A stretch of DNA of 57,054 nucleotides, from contig WELA01000937.1 of assembly GCA_009602735.1 (NCBI GenBank), forward strand, positions 8,155 through 65,208. Direction: 5' to 3'. This document shows positions 33,507 through 46,101 of the stretch, in pieces. The position numbers and the translations under genes are program-made. The notes below the pieces were generated by a model that saw only the letters and a program-made list of their open reading frames with translations, was not told where the DNA came from and made no database searches. The stretch is from Mesotaenium endlicherianum. Taxonomy: Eukaryota. Position 1 is the first letter of the stretch, and every line of letters starts with the position of its first letter.

Positions 33507-34054
33507 CAGCCCGGTCCCATTGAGCAAAAAATGCATACCCAGAACTTGCACCCGCACCTTGATGTTTCCACACTGCGTTTACTCGTGTACCGAGGATTGT
33601 TCATTCGTCGACGAAAATATCTTGTATATCCGCCCAGATCGTCAAATCCACATTGTTTTGCCGTTATGCACACCGCTCTGTTGCCCAAATAGCCCCCCCG
33701 CTCTCGTTTTTGCCTCCAGGTACTCAGGATGGGAGTGTTTTTGAAGACCAGTCTTCACTACTTCAAATTATGCACCTTCCGTGAATTGCGTCAAATCCAT
33801 GGCTCTCATTGGTTGCTTTTACATTCGAACGAGATAAGCATTCGCACATCTGTTCTAACATATTCGGAGATCACAACGCTGAGTGGCGATCAGAGGAAGC
33901 GGTCTATTGAAGGAGGTGAAAGGGGGTTCACTCAGGTTCACCTGAAAATCTATTTCACCTCGAGCTTGCTGACGCTGATCCGACGAGGCCTACGAATGCT
34001 GGGTATTTTTGAACCCGTTTTTGCAGCCAACAATTGCTCAATGGGACCGGGCTG
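33507..34054. mobile_element. MITE-like non-autonomous DNA transposon (548 bp)
   Basis: Perfect 21-bp terminal inverted repeat CAGCCCGGTCCCATTGAGCAA; TTA on both flanks. Confidence 0.85.
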
Positions 34055-35326
34055 TTACTCATATTTGAATGTCGAGTTTGTCCTGTCGCACTCACCCTCA
34101 AGTGTGGCTGTAACCTAGACCTTCGACGCTGGCTTGCATTGTGCATACATCAGCAATTTGGGCGAGTCAATGTTGACGTTTCGTACTTCATGGAGCCGTG
34201 ACTTGCGGCACACGATTTGATCGTGAGAATGAGTTTGGCGATTTGGTATTCGGGTTGTTGTACGGTCGCGACGCGTGGACGACAATTCATGAGAACAAAG
34301 TGAAACCGAATGCTGCCCCCAAGATGACAACTATCGTCATGACGTCTGTACCTTCAGTTACAATTAATTAAAACCAGTTGCCTCAAGTTGCCCCCTTTCA
34401 TTTGTAATCATCTCATGTCGATCAAAGAGACCATGCCGCATCGCGCCACATACCGATAGTGTTGTATCATACTGCACGGAATCAAGCATGTTCGGAGTCC
34501 TTTGTCGGGACCTGCCTCGTACACTGTTCACAATGGTTCAACGTTCAAGAAAGGCAGAAACCAGCAGAAACAGCCCCTTCGGGATCATCAACTTGTAACT
34601 TTACTGGCCAAACTGGTAGCACCCGATGCTGGATGCTTTTCATCGTACAGGAATTCATCCATTGAAGGAAGTTTCGTGCCACATGGTCCAATTTGTTTGG
34701 GTCTTAACTCTTACGACGTGACAGGAGGGCCCTTACCAGACGATGCCACTAGTAATCATAGAGTGGTCGGCAACGTGAGTTTGTCGTCTTCTCTTCCTGC
34801 CTCGCCCTTGTCGTCAGTCGTATGACAACATGGCTGGATGTGATGTACAGCAAGGGTACAACTAAATACGGTTCAAAAGACCGAGATCGTTTAAACGAGT
34901 ATCCATTGGGTGAAACACTAGCATGGGCCAGCATCAATCTGGCATCAATACGATTTTCTACTACCCAGACAGTCATTGTGACGCGTTTGTACCCAGTGGC
35001 CAGTGGCTGCTGCCAACCGATTTTTGTGCACAGTTTGTCAATTTGTGCGTGGTCTCGTTCACCTAGGCGGCACCTTCCCTGCCCATAACAGCTCTTTGGA
35101 AAAACAACATATCTAATTTCTACACAAGCACACGAAGGAGAATACTGAAACTAAATTTGTTCGAGAGCATGGCGGAGGTTCGAAGGCGCACAAATACGAT
35201 TTCTGTCTGTATTCAGACATTGTAGAAGAACCTTTGTACTGGACCATCATTTCTGGGACAGAGTATCACTCTTAGCACTCGAGACGTTCATCTGTAGCAG
35301 GTCTTTGGTCTGGTGGTCATCCAGGT

Positions 35327-38300
35327 ATGGCTGTGTGCATAGTTCCGCGGGCCAGGGTATGTATGGTGGGGTGGAAGGCCCCGGCCTTCGTGGTTGTCAT
35401 TGCAGCTCTGTGCCTGAGCCTGTGCTTAGGAAGCAGCGTGGAAGATGAGGAATTTGAGGCGATGCTGAAGAAGCCGCACGAGCCGCGTAGGTCTCTGTGG
35501 GAGACGGCCATTGATGAGCATGAGCAGCAGTCCAGGGACCACGTGCCCTGGTGGCAAGCAGTCGCGCCTGAGGATGCAGGAATCCCCGCAGACCAGATAG
35601 ATCCTGCCGGTGGCTCAGGAACTGCCTCTTTCAGGGGCTTGCCCTCCCGCAAATTGATGGGCGGGGACCCTCTAGCTGCCTCAATCAAACGGCTGGGCCT
35701 GAAGGTGCCAAAATTGACCGACAAATCCACCAGCTCGGCCAACATCAACGGCACGTTCTACATTTACGACAGTGTGGTCCCCCCCGCCTCGGTCGACTGG
35801 AGGCTGACTGCTGCCTCAACAGTTGTCAAGACCCAAATGCAGGTGTGTAAATGCTGAGTTGTCTGTTCACATGCTCGCTCGCCGACTCTCTCAGCTCGCA
35901 TGCTTGTTTTTGTGCATCCCCGCCATGCCGCTGCTCGCGTAAGCTTTTTATCATCTTCCTCGTCCACATCCTCTCATGAAGTGGCGTGAAAGCATGCCTG
36001 TCTCATGCATAGCTACTATAGTTGACGATTGACAGCCTCAAGAAACTCTTGCTTGCGAGCTGGGGTTGCCTGCTCGCCCCGGTCTCGCTCTCCCTGGCTC
36101 TACTTGCAGCATCCCCCCCTCCCCCCTTTCTTCACCCCCCCTCTCCCTCTTTTACGCCTCTTGTTTGTGCGCGACCCCGTTTCCTCCCACCCCCCGTCTT
36201 CCCCCGGCGACTGACGTGACATTCTGCTGGCGGAACCCGTGGCAGTGCGGGAGCTGCTGGGCGGTCGCGGTGGCCGACCTGGTGTCGATGACGTGGGCAA
36301 TCTCCAACGGCTTCGGCGCCAAGGTGGCGCCCCCCCTGAAGGGTGACGGCAGCGTGCCGGACGCCGTGCTCAACCTAGACATGTCGCCGCAGCAGATCTG
36401 TGACTGTGCGGGCGGCTCCATCGACTGCTGCGCGGGTGGCTGGCCCGAGCAGGCGCTCTCGTACGTGATGGCCAACGGCGGCCTCGCCAAGATTGGCGAC
36501 TATCCCTACTTCGGCAAGAACATGACGTGCAAGCCCTCCAGCATCACCAGCAAAGTCGTGGCTCAGGTACTGCCGCTGTCGCCGCTGCTGCTGCTACTGC
36601 CGCTGCTGCTCCCGGTGCTCCTGCTGCTCCCGCTGCCGCTTCTCCTGCTGCTGCTCCTGCTACTGCTGCTGCTGCTGCTGTGGGCACGTCTGCCCGTGTG
36701 CGCATGATAGTGTGTTTGTGTTGTGAGTGCGCGTGCAGCTACTGCTTCTGCTGCTTGTGCTCTCGTTTGTCCGTAGTGTTATTAGTGGCGATGAAGAACG
36801 CAGAGAAGTGAGGTCTTGGCTTGCATGCCGTCTCATCCTGACATCGCTCATTCGACGTGCCCCCTGCCCGCCTGCTGCCTGGCAGATCACCGGCTGGGAG
36901 CTCGTGCCGGCGCGCGACCTGACGGCGCTCAAGAAGGCGCTTGCGTTCGGCCCTGTGCTGGTGCTGGTCAACGCAGCGGCCCCCGATTTCCAGAGCTACA
37001 CGGGCGGCATCTACAACGGCAACTGCACCAACGAGCTCGACCACGCTGTGCTCGTGGTGGGCTATGGCTCGGACCCCACCGCCGGGCCGTACCTGATCAT
37101 CAAGAACTCGTGGGGCAGCGCGTGGGGCGAGAACGGGTACATGCGCATGGCCGCCATCGACGGGCCTGGACAGTGCGGCGTCACCAGGTGCGTGCCCTCG
37201 CTCGCTATCAGTCCGCCCGGTCGCCGAGTTTCGCGTGCGTGCTCGAGTGCTTTCGCGCTTGTCTGGTGCGCGTCAATTGTCTGCCTCGTGCGCGCTCGCG
37301 CGCTTGCCTGGTTGCCAAAGGTGGCATCTGCAAGTGTGTGTGTGTATGTGTGTGCCTTGAGATCCAGGATTGTTCAAGCGCCAGCGCTCGCTCCCAGCCT
37401 GACTTCGTGTGCGCGACACGTGTGCGTGTCTGTCCTGCAGCACGTCGGCAATTTTTCCCACCTACTTTCCCCTCGCCGGGGACCCCTGCAAGGACGTGTT
37501 CCCCCCTCCCTGCGGTGCGGGCACGTGCTACAAGCAGGCCTACATGAAGAGGAACAGGGCGCGCTGCGGGTGCCCGGCCGGCTACGTGGAGAACGTCGCT
37601 GGCATCGCCAGGTGTCTCCCTGCCAGCCCCTGCGACGCCAACCCCAACCCGTGCGGTGGCGGCAACTGCACCAACGGAGGCGACGGCAGCTACACCTGCA
37701 AGTGCCCCCAGGTGAGGATCTGCTGCCGCTGCTCCTCCTCCTGCTGCCGCTGCTGCTGCTGCTCCTGCTCCTGCTGCTGCTCCTCCTGCCGCTGCTCCTG
37801 CTGCAGCTCCTGCTCCTGCTGCTGCCTGCCGGAGCGTGGGTCCAGATGTGCATCGCTCTTTATGCAACGTGTTCTCTGCCCCAAGCAGTGCGACATTGGA
37901 CTGGAGCATGGGACTGACGATAAGAATGGATGCCTTGCTGTTGGGTGCGTGTGTGAGCAGGGAACGATCGTGGGTGCGAGAGCCGACGGCGCGCAGACGT
38001 GCGTGGCAGGTGGCAACTCAGGAGGCGTCAGCACCTACACCGTGGTCCCCACCGACACTTGCGATGTACGCAGTCAATCCACGCCCATCAGTTCAAAATG
38101 CTGGTCAATACGAGTGTCCCGTCCTTGTGAGATTTTTATCCGATGTTTCTGATGATTTCTCTATGAGTCGGCAGTAAGGTAGCCTCTGGCTGAAGGTCAC
38201 AGCTTGCTGTTGGGAGGCTTTGGGCCAAACTTTTAGCCGTTGCCCGCAGTGATCTTTTCCATTTTGCTGCCGGCAGTGGAGGCATCTGCCTTCCGACAGT

Positions 38301-39950
38301 TGCAGAACGTGAGCAAACAAGGGCCTGACCTGTTCCTGCGAGCGTTGGGTGTGCGGCGATTGTTTCAAACGTGCAGAGCATTATGGCCGCCTACGGCCTC
38401 ACCTCGGCCGTCTTCCTGCAGTACAACCTGGGCCTCGACTGCGCCAACCTCCTGCCTGGCACCGTCGTGTCGGTGGGCACCTCCAACATCCAGGGCGGGT
38501 GCGCGTCGGAGTACACGACGGTGGCGGGCGACACGTGCGACAGCATCGCTGCCGCGAACGTGCTGACGCTGGCGGCGCTGCAGGCCCTGAACCCCACGCT
38601 GAGCTGCGCGGCGCTGCTGGAGGGCCAGTCGGTGTGCGTGGGCGGGGTCACGCTGGGCGCGCGCACGCTGAGCGCCGTCGACTGCGGCATGTCGTACGAC
38701 GTGCGCAAGCCCAACAAGTTCCGCAAGGAGGAGGACGTTGACAAGTTTGGCAATGGCTGTGACTCGTGCAACTACATCGTCAACAAGTTCAACCTGGACT
38801 GGACCACCTTCTACATGTGAGGCGCCCGCCTCCTTCCACGTCCGACCTCTCTTTTTTTCCTCGTCTCTTTGTTTTTTCAAATACCTTTCTGGTGCTTTGC
38901 TCGTGCTGTGAGGGTGATCTCTTCATGCGTGGAAGAAGAGGCCCCGCAGGACGTGCACTGCTGCATTGTCGCTCCGGCTGGCTCCATTGCTTGTCACATT
39001 CTTCCTCTTGTCTCTTTAAAAGTACCGTCTCTCTTCATCGCTGTTTTGTGACATCCTGCCGCCCCACGTGCACTTACCATGTCTCCTCGGCACCTCTGTG
39101 TGTGCTTGTGCGTGCGTGTGTGCTATCCTGCAGGCTGAACCCCGGCATCAAGTGCAACGTGGCACTGCCGGCAACCCTCTCGGTGTGCCTGGCCACAGTG
39201 GGCAGCCCCATTGCGCCCCGCATGAAGGTGGACTGCACCAAGACCTACAGGGTGCAGCACGGCGACAACTGTCCCAAGATCTGGGGGGCGGCAGAGCTCA
39301 CCGCCGCCCAGTTCTACCTGCTCAACCCGGGCGTGCGGTGCAGCAAGCCCTATTTGCAGGTGGGCCAGATGGTGTGCATCGGGGGGCCGCAGCTGGACAC
39401 CTCCTTCTCCAACGCGGTGCCCTACACGGTGACAGCTGGCGACACTCTGGTGAGCATTGCCGCCCAGTTTGCGAGCCGCTGCGGCACGTACGCGACGCCG
39501 GCCAACGTGTGCAACCAGAACCTGCTGTCGGACTGCAGCGCGCCGCTCGTCGTCGGCATGAGCCTCCAGGTCCCCTGCCAGTGGCCGCTGGGACGCTCGT
39601 GTGGCTGCACGGCCGGCACGCGTGTGTGCGGTGCCGACGGCGACTGGTACTCCTCCTACTGCGACGCCGTCTGCAACTACGCAACGCCCGCCAAGACCAC
39701 CGGATGTTCCAGCTGTCAGTACGCGTGCAATGACAGGTGTGGCGCTGGCCAGCACCCGTACAACGCCCCCGACTACTGCCCGGACCCCTGCCCCTTCCCC
39801 CCCTGGCCTCCCGTCTCCTGGGACTGGTTCTCGGGGTCCGCCTGCAGCTTCTACTACCAGGCGTGCTCCAGCTGCTGCATGGGTGGGTGGGGCTACGGCT
39901 CCGGGAACTACTGGAACTGCCTGGGCTACTGCAGGCAGTATAAGTGCTAG
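35327..39950 (+). CDS. Predicted secreted papain-family (C1A) cysteine protease with 2 EGF, 5 LysM, a Kazal-like domain and a Cys-rich tail; 7 exons (35327-35842, 36246-36566, 36886-37187, 37441-37711, 37961-38065, 38377-38816, 39134-39950), ~923 aa
   Basis: All introns are GT-AG and phase-compatible (2772 nt in total); hydrophobic N-terminus; SVDWR, QMQCGSCWA, LDHAVLVVGYG and IIKNSWG catalytic motifs; EGF Cys spacing; GDTC..I...NP..C..L..G LysM repeats; VCGADG.WY...C. Confidence 0.92.
36568..36682 (+). repeat. Degenerate (CTG/CCG/CTC)n microsatellite in intron 2; a similar tract lies at 37720-37828 in intron 4
   Basis: Visible trinucleotide periodicity directly after the GT donors. Confidence 0.85.
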
Positions 39951-41514
39951 CGAGTGCGATGCCACTGACGGGCTACATATTGGAGTACTATTTCATGATG
40001 GACCGGTGTTCATGCGTCGTCGCCGCCGCGATGATCTGCAGGCTGGTCTGCGCGGTGACGGTGCTGTTGCGCAATCGTGCTTATGGGCCCCTCCCTTGCC
40101 GTGGATGGCTCGGCCCGGATGCCTCCGCTGCCTTCAGCCATCTTGGGAGTGTGCCGCACATGGCACTTGTCCTGCTTCGGTTCCGCTTCGGTCAAGCCAG
40201 CATGGCGGTGGGGCAGAGTGGAGTTTCTCCCTACGTGCCAAGTGCAAGTTGATGGGCGTCGCTGGTGGGGGTGGCCTCTGAGCTGCTCTGCACAGGGGCA
40301 TGGTCTCTGGCATTTAAAATGGCCGACGAGTCCCAATTGGGGTAATGCAATACCTGTCTAGGATTTGGAGGACCATCCTCTTGAGCCGCCTATGATTGTG
40401 GTATATATAACTCTTGTGGGAGAGCGATTAGGTTCAGAAGTCCTAGGCGATGCCGTTCTGATTATCCATTTTTTTATTTATATATAAAGGATGCTGCGAC
40501 TAGTGCAGCTGTGTCCCTTGCCTCCCTGTGAGGCCTGCAGCTACCTCGTGTGACCTCCCCTGCATTGGACACACTTGAGATCTCAGCTTCAGATCATTAT
40601 AAACTTGAGTGCGTGCTAGTGCATGCGGTCAGGTAGGAGGTAGGGGTAGGTGTTAAGAGGTACAGATTATCTCGCAGCCGTCCTCACAGCTGTCAACTTC
40701 AGCTGTCAAGTTAGAGTGTTTGACTAAGGCTGTTGGCGGAAGGTGTGCGCTTGTATATTTGAGAAGTTGCCCTCAGGCTCGGTCTCGATAAAGTGACAAA
40801 AAACAGCTTGTATGCCCCCCCGAAGACGATATATATAAACTTGAGCAAGTTCACGCAATGTCGCCTCTTCCTTCAAGTAGGGTTATTCTGAGGATGTTTC
40901 CATGAGCTCCGCATGTTGTCAGCAATAGAACAACTTAAAACAATGTTGCGTCTTTATAGAAACAATGATTTTCAGCACATGCATAAATGGACTACGCCGT
41001 GAGAAGTACCACACACATTCTTGGACCTTGATTATTTTCAAAATCTAGTGCCCAAGTTGATAAAACGTTATATGCTTTTTGATGGACATAAATATGCAAT
41101 GTCTCTTTGAGGTGTAAACATTCTACACTAGAAATTGTTTCACCCCATAGGTAACTTCTTGGACATTGGGACTGTCCATTTCCCACCTAAGCAAAAAACA
41201 TTACAACTTTTTTGCGACCTACTTGTTTCATCAACAAGAATGAGCGCACGTCGTCAATCAGTCTTGGAACACGCGATCGTCTCTTTGAAGGAACATCTAA
41301 ATTGCAATCAGCTCGCATGCTTAAAGCTGCGCAGTAGTGACCAGTTGTGACAACCCAGCATTATTCAACCCCAACTAACATGGTTGGCTAGAAATATGAT
41401 ACCCCAAATGTTTGTAAATTAAAAGTACACCTTGGACCTGAAGCTCTCTGTTCGTGCGGGGTTCTTCTGCTGCTTGATGCACTAGGTTCTAAACCCTTTT
41501 CTTTACTACTATAG

Positions 41515-41620
41515 GGCCTAGTTTGTGGTTTTCATCAAGGCGCCCTTACAGACCTGTTGTGAGGAGAAAATAAGTTTGGCTTGTTGCTCGTGTGAGGTGT
41601 TTGTGTATGTCCGTTCAAAT
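41515..41620. repeat. Dispersed ~100-bp repeat with related copies at ~42230-42335 (same strand) and ~54020-54135 (opposite strand)
   Basis: Shared blocks TAGTTT..., AAGG(C/T)GCCC(C/T)T, TGAG..G..AAAAT and GCTC(G/C)TGT in the same order. Confidence 0.55.
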
Positions 41621-42934
41621 CTGTTATTGCATACTGCCAAAGAGATATGAACACGATCAAACAAAAGCATTCGATGTGGCTCGATGTGACTCTAAATTGT
41701 GTCCCGCCCCTGTGTCTCCTCCCGTCTCCATAAGAGTTTCTTTTTGTATTAGTTGTATTGATAAGACCTCTCTTCAGTGAGAAAGTGTGAAACTCAGGGT
41801 GTTTGCGTGAGCAGCCGTGGCGAGGCTTCGCCTCATCGTTGGTTTCAATTAGCTCGCGTTGGGGGCGTGGGAGAGGGGCTCTTAGTCAGTAGATGGGTTC
41901 GTGGGATGAAGAGGGTTGGAGCGGATGGGGGTGGGCAGCTATGGCCGTTCGTGGTCGCAAGCGGCCACGGCGGCCTGCTTGTGAGAGGGCATGAGGGAGA
42001 GAGGGAGGAGCGGCCTGGCTATGCTGGCTATGGCCGCTTGGTGCTGGCAACAACAGGGCGTGAGGGATGCAAAGGGGAGGGAGGGGGAAAGGTCATTGCG
42101 CCGACGGCGACCATCAATACGTCGTCAAATTGTTTTGACAATTAATTTGTCATTACAGATAGGAGCGACCTTGTGAAGGGAAAATTGTTGGCCTCCTTGC
42201 AAACCACAGCTATTGATCCAGTGTGTGTTGTAGTTTGTTGGGTTTAACAAGGTGCCCCTCACGTAACGCTTTTGAGCGGAAAATCAATAAGGGCCGACGC
42301 TCCTGTGAGCATTGGCTCGAATGTACGTTCAATTGCCTACCCGTACCGGATGTGTACGTGTCCGACCTATGTTGACGCAAAAGTATTCAATTTTGATTAC
42401 GCCCGTCTCCCTTTGGCAACCACCATAAAACTTGCCTTCTCCAGAAAGTAGGCCTCTTTCTTGCGGTTCCTCTTTGCTGAGACATTGCGCGGCCTTGGGG
42501 ATTTTTGTGAGCGGCCATGGCGAGGCGAAGCCTCACCTGGGCCGCGAGGTAGCTCGTGACGGGGGCGTGAGAGAGGGCGCTCTCGGATGTTAGATGGATT
42601 CGTGGGGTCATAGGGTGGGGGAGCGCGTGCTGGTGGCTGGCGGTCATGGCCGCCTGAATGAACACGCAATTATTTAGAGGGCGTGAGGGAGAGAGGGTGA
42701 AAAGGGGAGGGGAGGGTGCCTATGGTGGGATGGCATTAAGGATGGTGAAAAAGGAAGGGCAAGTTGTTGTGTTGACGAGGAGCGTCGACAATGTGGCATT
42801 TTGTAATGGCGCAATAAAATAAGAGACGAGGATTTCGGCGGACCGACTTGCAAGATTGGCCATGTGTTTTTTTTTGGGGTGAAAAAGGGTAAGCACCCCA
42901 CATGTTTGCGAGTAGTAACCGCGATGACGGAATA

Positions 42935-43919
42935 CAGTGGGGTCCCATTGAGCAGAATCGGCGTCCCTAGGCCGTGACCCAGACCTCCGGGCGACGCAGA
43001 GCTGTTCACTCGTGTATCGATGGTTTCTCATTCGCCATCGGAGATGCCATTTTAATCGGTATAACACTTAGATTCGAGAAGATCGTCAGAATCAGCAGAA
43101 TAAGGTCGCCTACTGACCCCAGAGAAAGACCGTTATTCCCAGAGCGAGTCCAGATTTGCCGGACGGGAATTTTAAAAACGATATGTCGCCCCTACGTCCG
43201 AAACATGACTGCCGGGCCTTCGTCTTGACCCAGGCGCTTCATTGGCCAACGCGAGAATATCGCCTTATGCCCACACGATACGGTTTGCGGCCCGAACCGA
43301 GTTGTCGTGTCTGTGTTCTCGTGGGTTGAGGCCAATTTCGTCTAGATTGGCCTCTTTTATTTTTGCGAAAACTTCTTGATCCGCTTCCAAAATTTTCAAG
43401 AAAAAATCTTGCTCCCTTCATATTCATCAGTCGTGGCAATAACATGCCTTCGCAATGCTTCACAACATTAATTCATACGCCTTTTTTTTCACAACGCTGC
43501 ACTTCACAACGTTGCGCTTCACAACGCTCACAACCATCGCTTCTCTCTCTTCCTGTCGGCCATCCGATCCTTGAAAGTCTTTATATAAACAGCATGTCTG
43601 TCTGATTTTTTTTGCGTGTTCTCTCCAATTTCTCTGGCGATATGGATCAAAGGGGTGCGCCCATGTTTTCGCCAATTGAATAACAGCGCCTGGAGCAGCT
43701 TCAACCCAATTGAGGCAGATGCTACGAAGAAATGAACCGCCCGCCACGATTGGCATCAAGCGGAGGTCCGCGCGCATTCCAAAGGGGTCCTATTGGGGAG
43801 GTCAGAGGTCTTTTCACCTGAACTTAGGGCAGAATCTTCACGTATCACGATCGGCGGACATTCTGGGTCAATCTTTAACCGTTTTGGCCTAGGTCATTGT
43901 GTCCAATGGGACCCCACTG
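42935..43919. mobile_element. MITE-like non-autonomous DNA transposon (985 bp) related to 33507-34054
   Basis: Perfect 16-bp TIR CAGTGGGGTCCCATTG, inverted subterminal CCTAGGCC and TGACCCAGA motifs; flanks ATA/ATG. Confidence 0.8.
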
Positions 43920-46101
43920 ATGGTCAAATTTCAGCTCAAGTGCAGGAGGTTTCCCAAGGTTCTTCAGGTCCTTGTTGTTTCTCGTGAGCTGTCGTGAGTC
44001 TGCACAGCTGGCTGGCGCCAGGCGCCTAAACTGGCCAAAATCGTCACAACCAACTCCAACTTGGCGTATCTTGCCCCGTCAGCGTCATTGGGAGCAAAGC
44101 AATGATCCCGACGTTTTTGACATTTTTGACGTTTGAAAAACTGTGATGCACTTAGAGACTTCCAAGTAAATACCCATGTCTTCAATCCAGAGGAACGACC
44201 TGCAAGCCCTGTTAGTCGTGAACTTCAATGAGGTGCGCTACAGCTTTAGCACACGATAGATCCCCTCCCAACCACGGGCAAGGTTAGCCCGGTGTCAGGT
44301 AGGTCCAAGTCGTTTTTTTACTATAAAATCAATGGTACATATCTACAACCCATGTTAGAGAATAAGCTTTGGATCTGATTGTGGAAAGAAGCGAGTGCTG
44401 GGGAAAGACGAGAACTTAGCATTTAGAGAAGGGTAGGATAGAAGTAGGGTTCTAGTAGATAAGTAGTATCACGCAAGCTGCTTGTCTTATCTTTGGTCCT
44501 GTTATCATAAATATTCCACCACATCGTAGCCATATTTTGTTAAATTGTCATTCTATCTTACTACTATGATGCTCTTCCACTTAGCTTGTACGCCTGCAAA
44601 CGTTTGCAAAACAATTTCAAATCTCCGACTCCCATTATACATCTAAAAGTTGCATATTCCATATCCTGTATTTGAAGCTCCAACAAACAATGAAGCTTCA
44701 AGCAAGTAAGAGGCTCCTGTCATATGTGTACATTGAGGTTGTGTGGCTTGATGCACAACAATAAAGAATTTAGATTCTGAACTCATGCATGACAGGACAC
44801 TAGTACACACTTTGATGTTGCAATAAAAGCACAGTGATATTCAGACACATGGAAAACTTTCAGCAACTGCTTCCACTAAATATTGAGCAACCTGTTTGAT
44901 GCTGGTTTTCACTTTGAAAGGATAAATACAAGAGCTGGTGACTGCAACACCAGGGAAGGTCTGGTTCTACGACCTAAAGGCTCCTAATATTCTACACACA
45001 TATATGATAATCGTTGTTCTAAGGTAGACCCTTCAATGTCCTGCTTGCTGCCAACTCATGTCGAGGCTGCATATGTTGCCAACTCAAGAGGGAAGAAAAA
45101 GTACAACCCCTGTCCTTACTGCAAGTCCCTTGTGTAGCTAATTATCATAATTATTAATACTGCACACCTAAGCTAATGAAAACTGAGGTAGCACCCTTCA
45201 TCCTATCCAACAGAGCCGTGAGCATGCCACATGGGACTGGCATGCTTGCAGCGTGCCAGTTGGCAGCAGGCATCTGGGGCCACACAGAGCTTCCTCTTCA
45301 GCGTACACTGGCCTTCATTCAGAGCTTCCGCACTACTCTACCTTGAGATTTGCTAACGAGTAAAAGAATCTAAGAATAGATACACTACATATAATATGGA
45401 TATATAAACCTGAGGACACTTGCTCCTGCAGCACCTCTTCACTGTCCCTACTATATACGCCTTGGTGTATGCGAGTACATACTTTTGTAGTTACGTGAAC
45501 TAGTCGCCTACACATCATCCCTTCAGGCGGCTGCCTGTACCCTAGAAGCAGCCGCACCGTCTGTCGCTCAATGAGGATGTCAGAATGATGCAGATACTAT
45601 TTTTTCATATATTTAAAGGAGGAATGCCTTCCCTGCAAGAGGAGATGCCATCCCCCCACCACCTGAGCCAGTCAGCCAGCCAATCACAGAAAGTGTCCAA
45701 CGCCAGGCAGGCAGGCAGAATGAGGCAGCACCTGGCCCCAAGTGCGTAGGCTAGGTCTCCCTCAACAGGAGGGAGAGGAAAAAAGGGAACCCCAACCCAA
45801 AACAGCCGCACCAGTCATCGCCCTCTGATGAGCATCAGGGGCGCCAGGACGCCAACACCTGGCAGCCCTCCGGCCCGCCACCAGGACCTGCACCCTCTCG
45901 TTCGACCCCCGCTGTCGCTCCAACTCCTGCTGTCGCTGCCGCTGCTGCTCCTGGTGTTGCTGCATATTGTTGCTTCTGCTGCTCCAACCGCCCACTGCTG
46001 TCCTCCATCACAGCCGTCCGCCACACGGCAGCCTTGCATGCTCCCTCCCTCCCTCTCTTTCTATCTCACGGCCTCCCTACATGCCTCACATGTCGGCCTC
46101 C

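Noticed and set aside
33729..35088. Short ORFs upstream of the protease gene as additional genes
   Set aside because: No recognisable motifs or host-like codon bias; partly inside a MITE.
36527..37917. Long poly-Leu, poly-Ala or poly-Cys ORFs overlapping the protease gene
   Set aside because: They arise from stop-free CTG-type intronic microsatellites and GC-rich exons read through introns or in other frames.
45818..45843. Hammerhead ribozyme suggested by CTGATGAG (also at ~1969)
   Set aside because: No properly placed GAAA core or three-stem junction. The 45.8-kb site is a simple hairpin and the 1969 site is not conserved in the paralogous copy.
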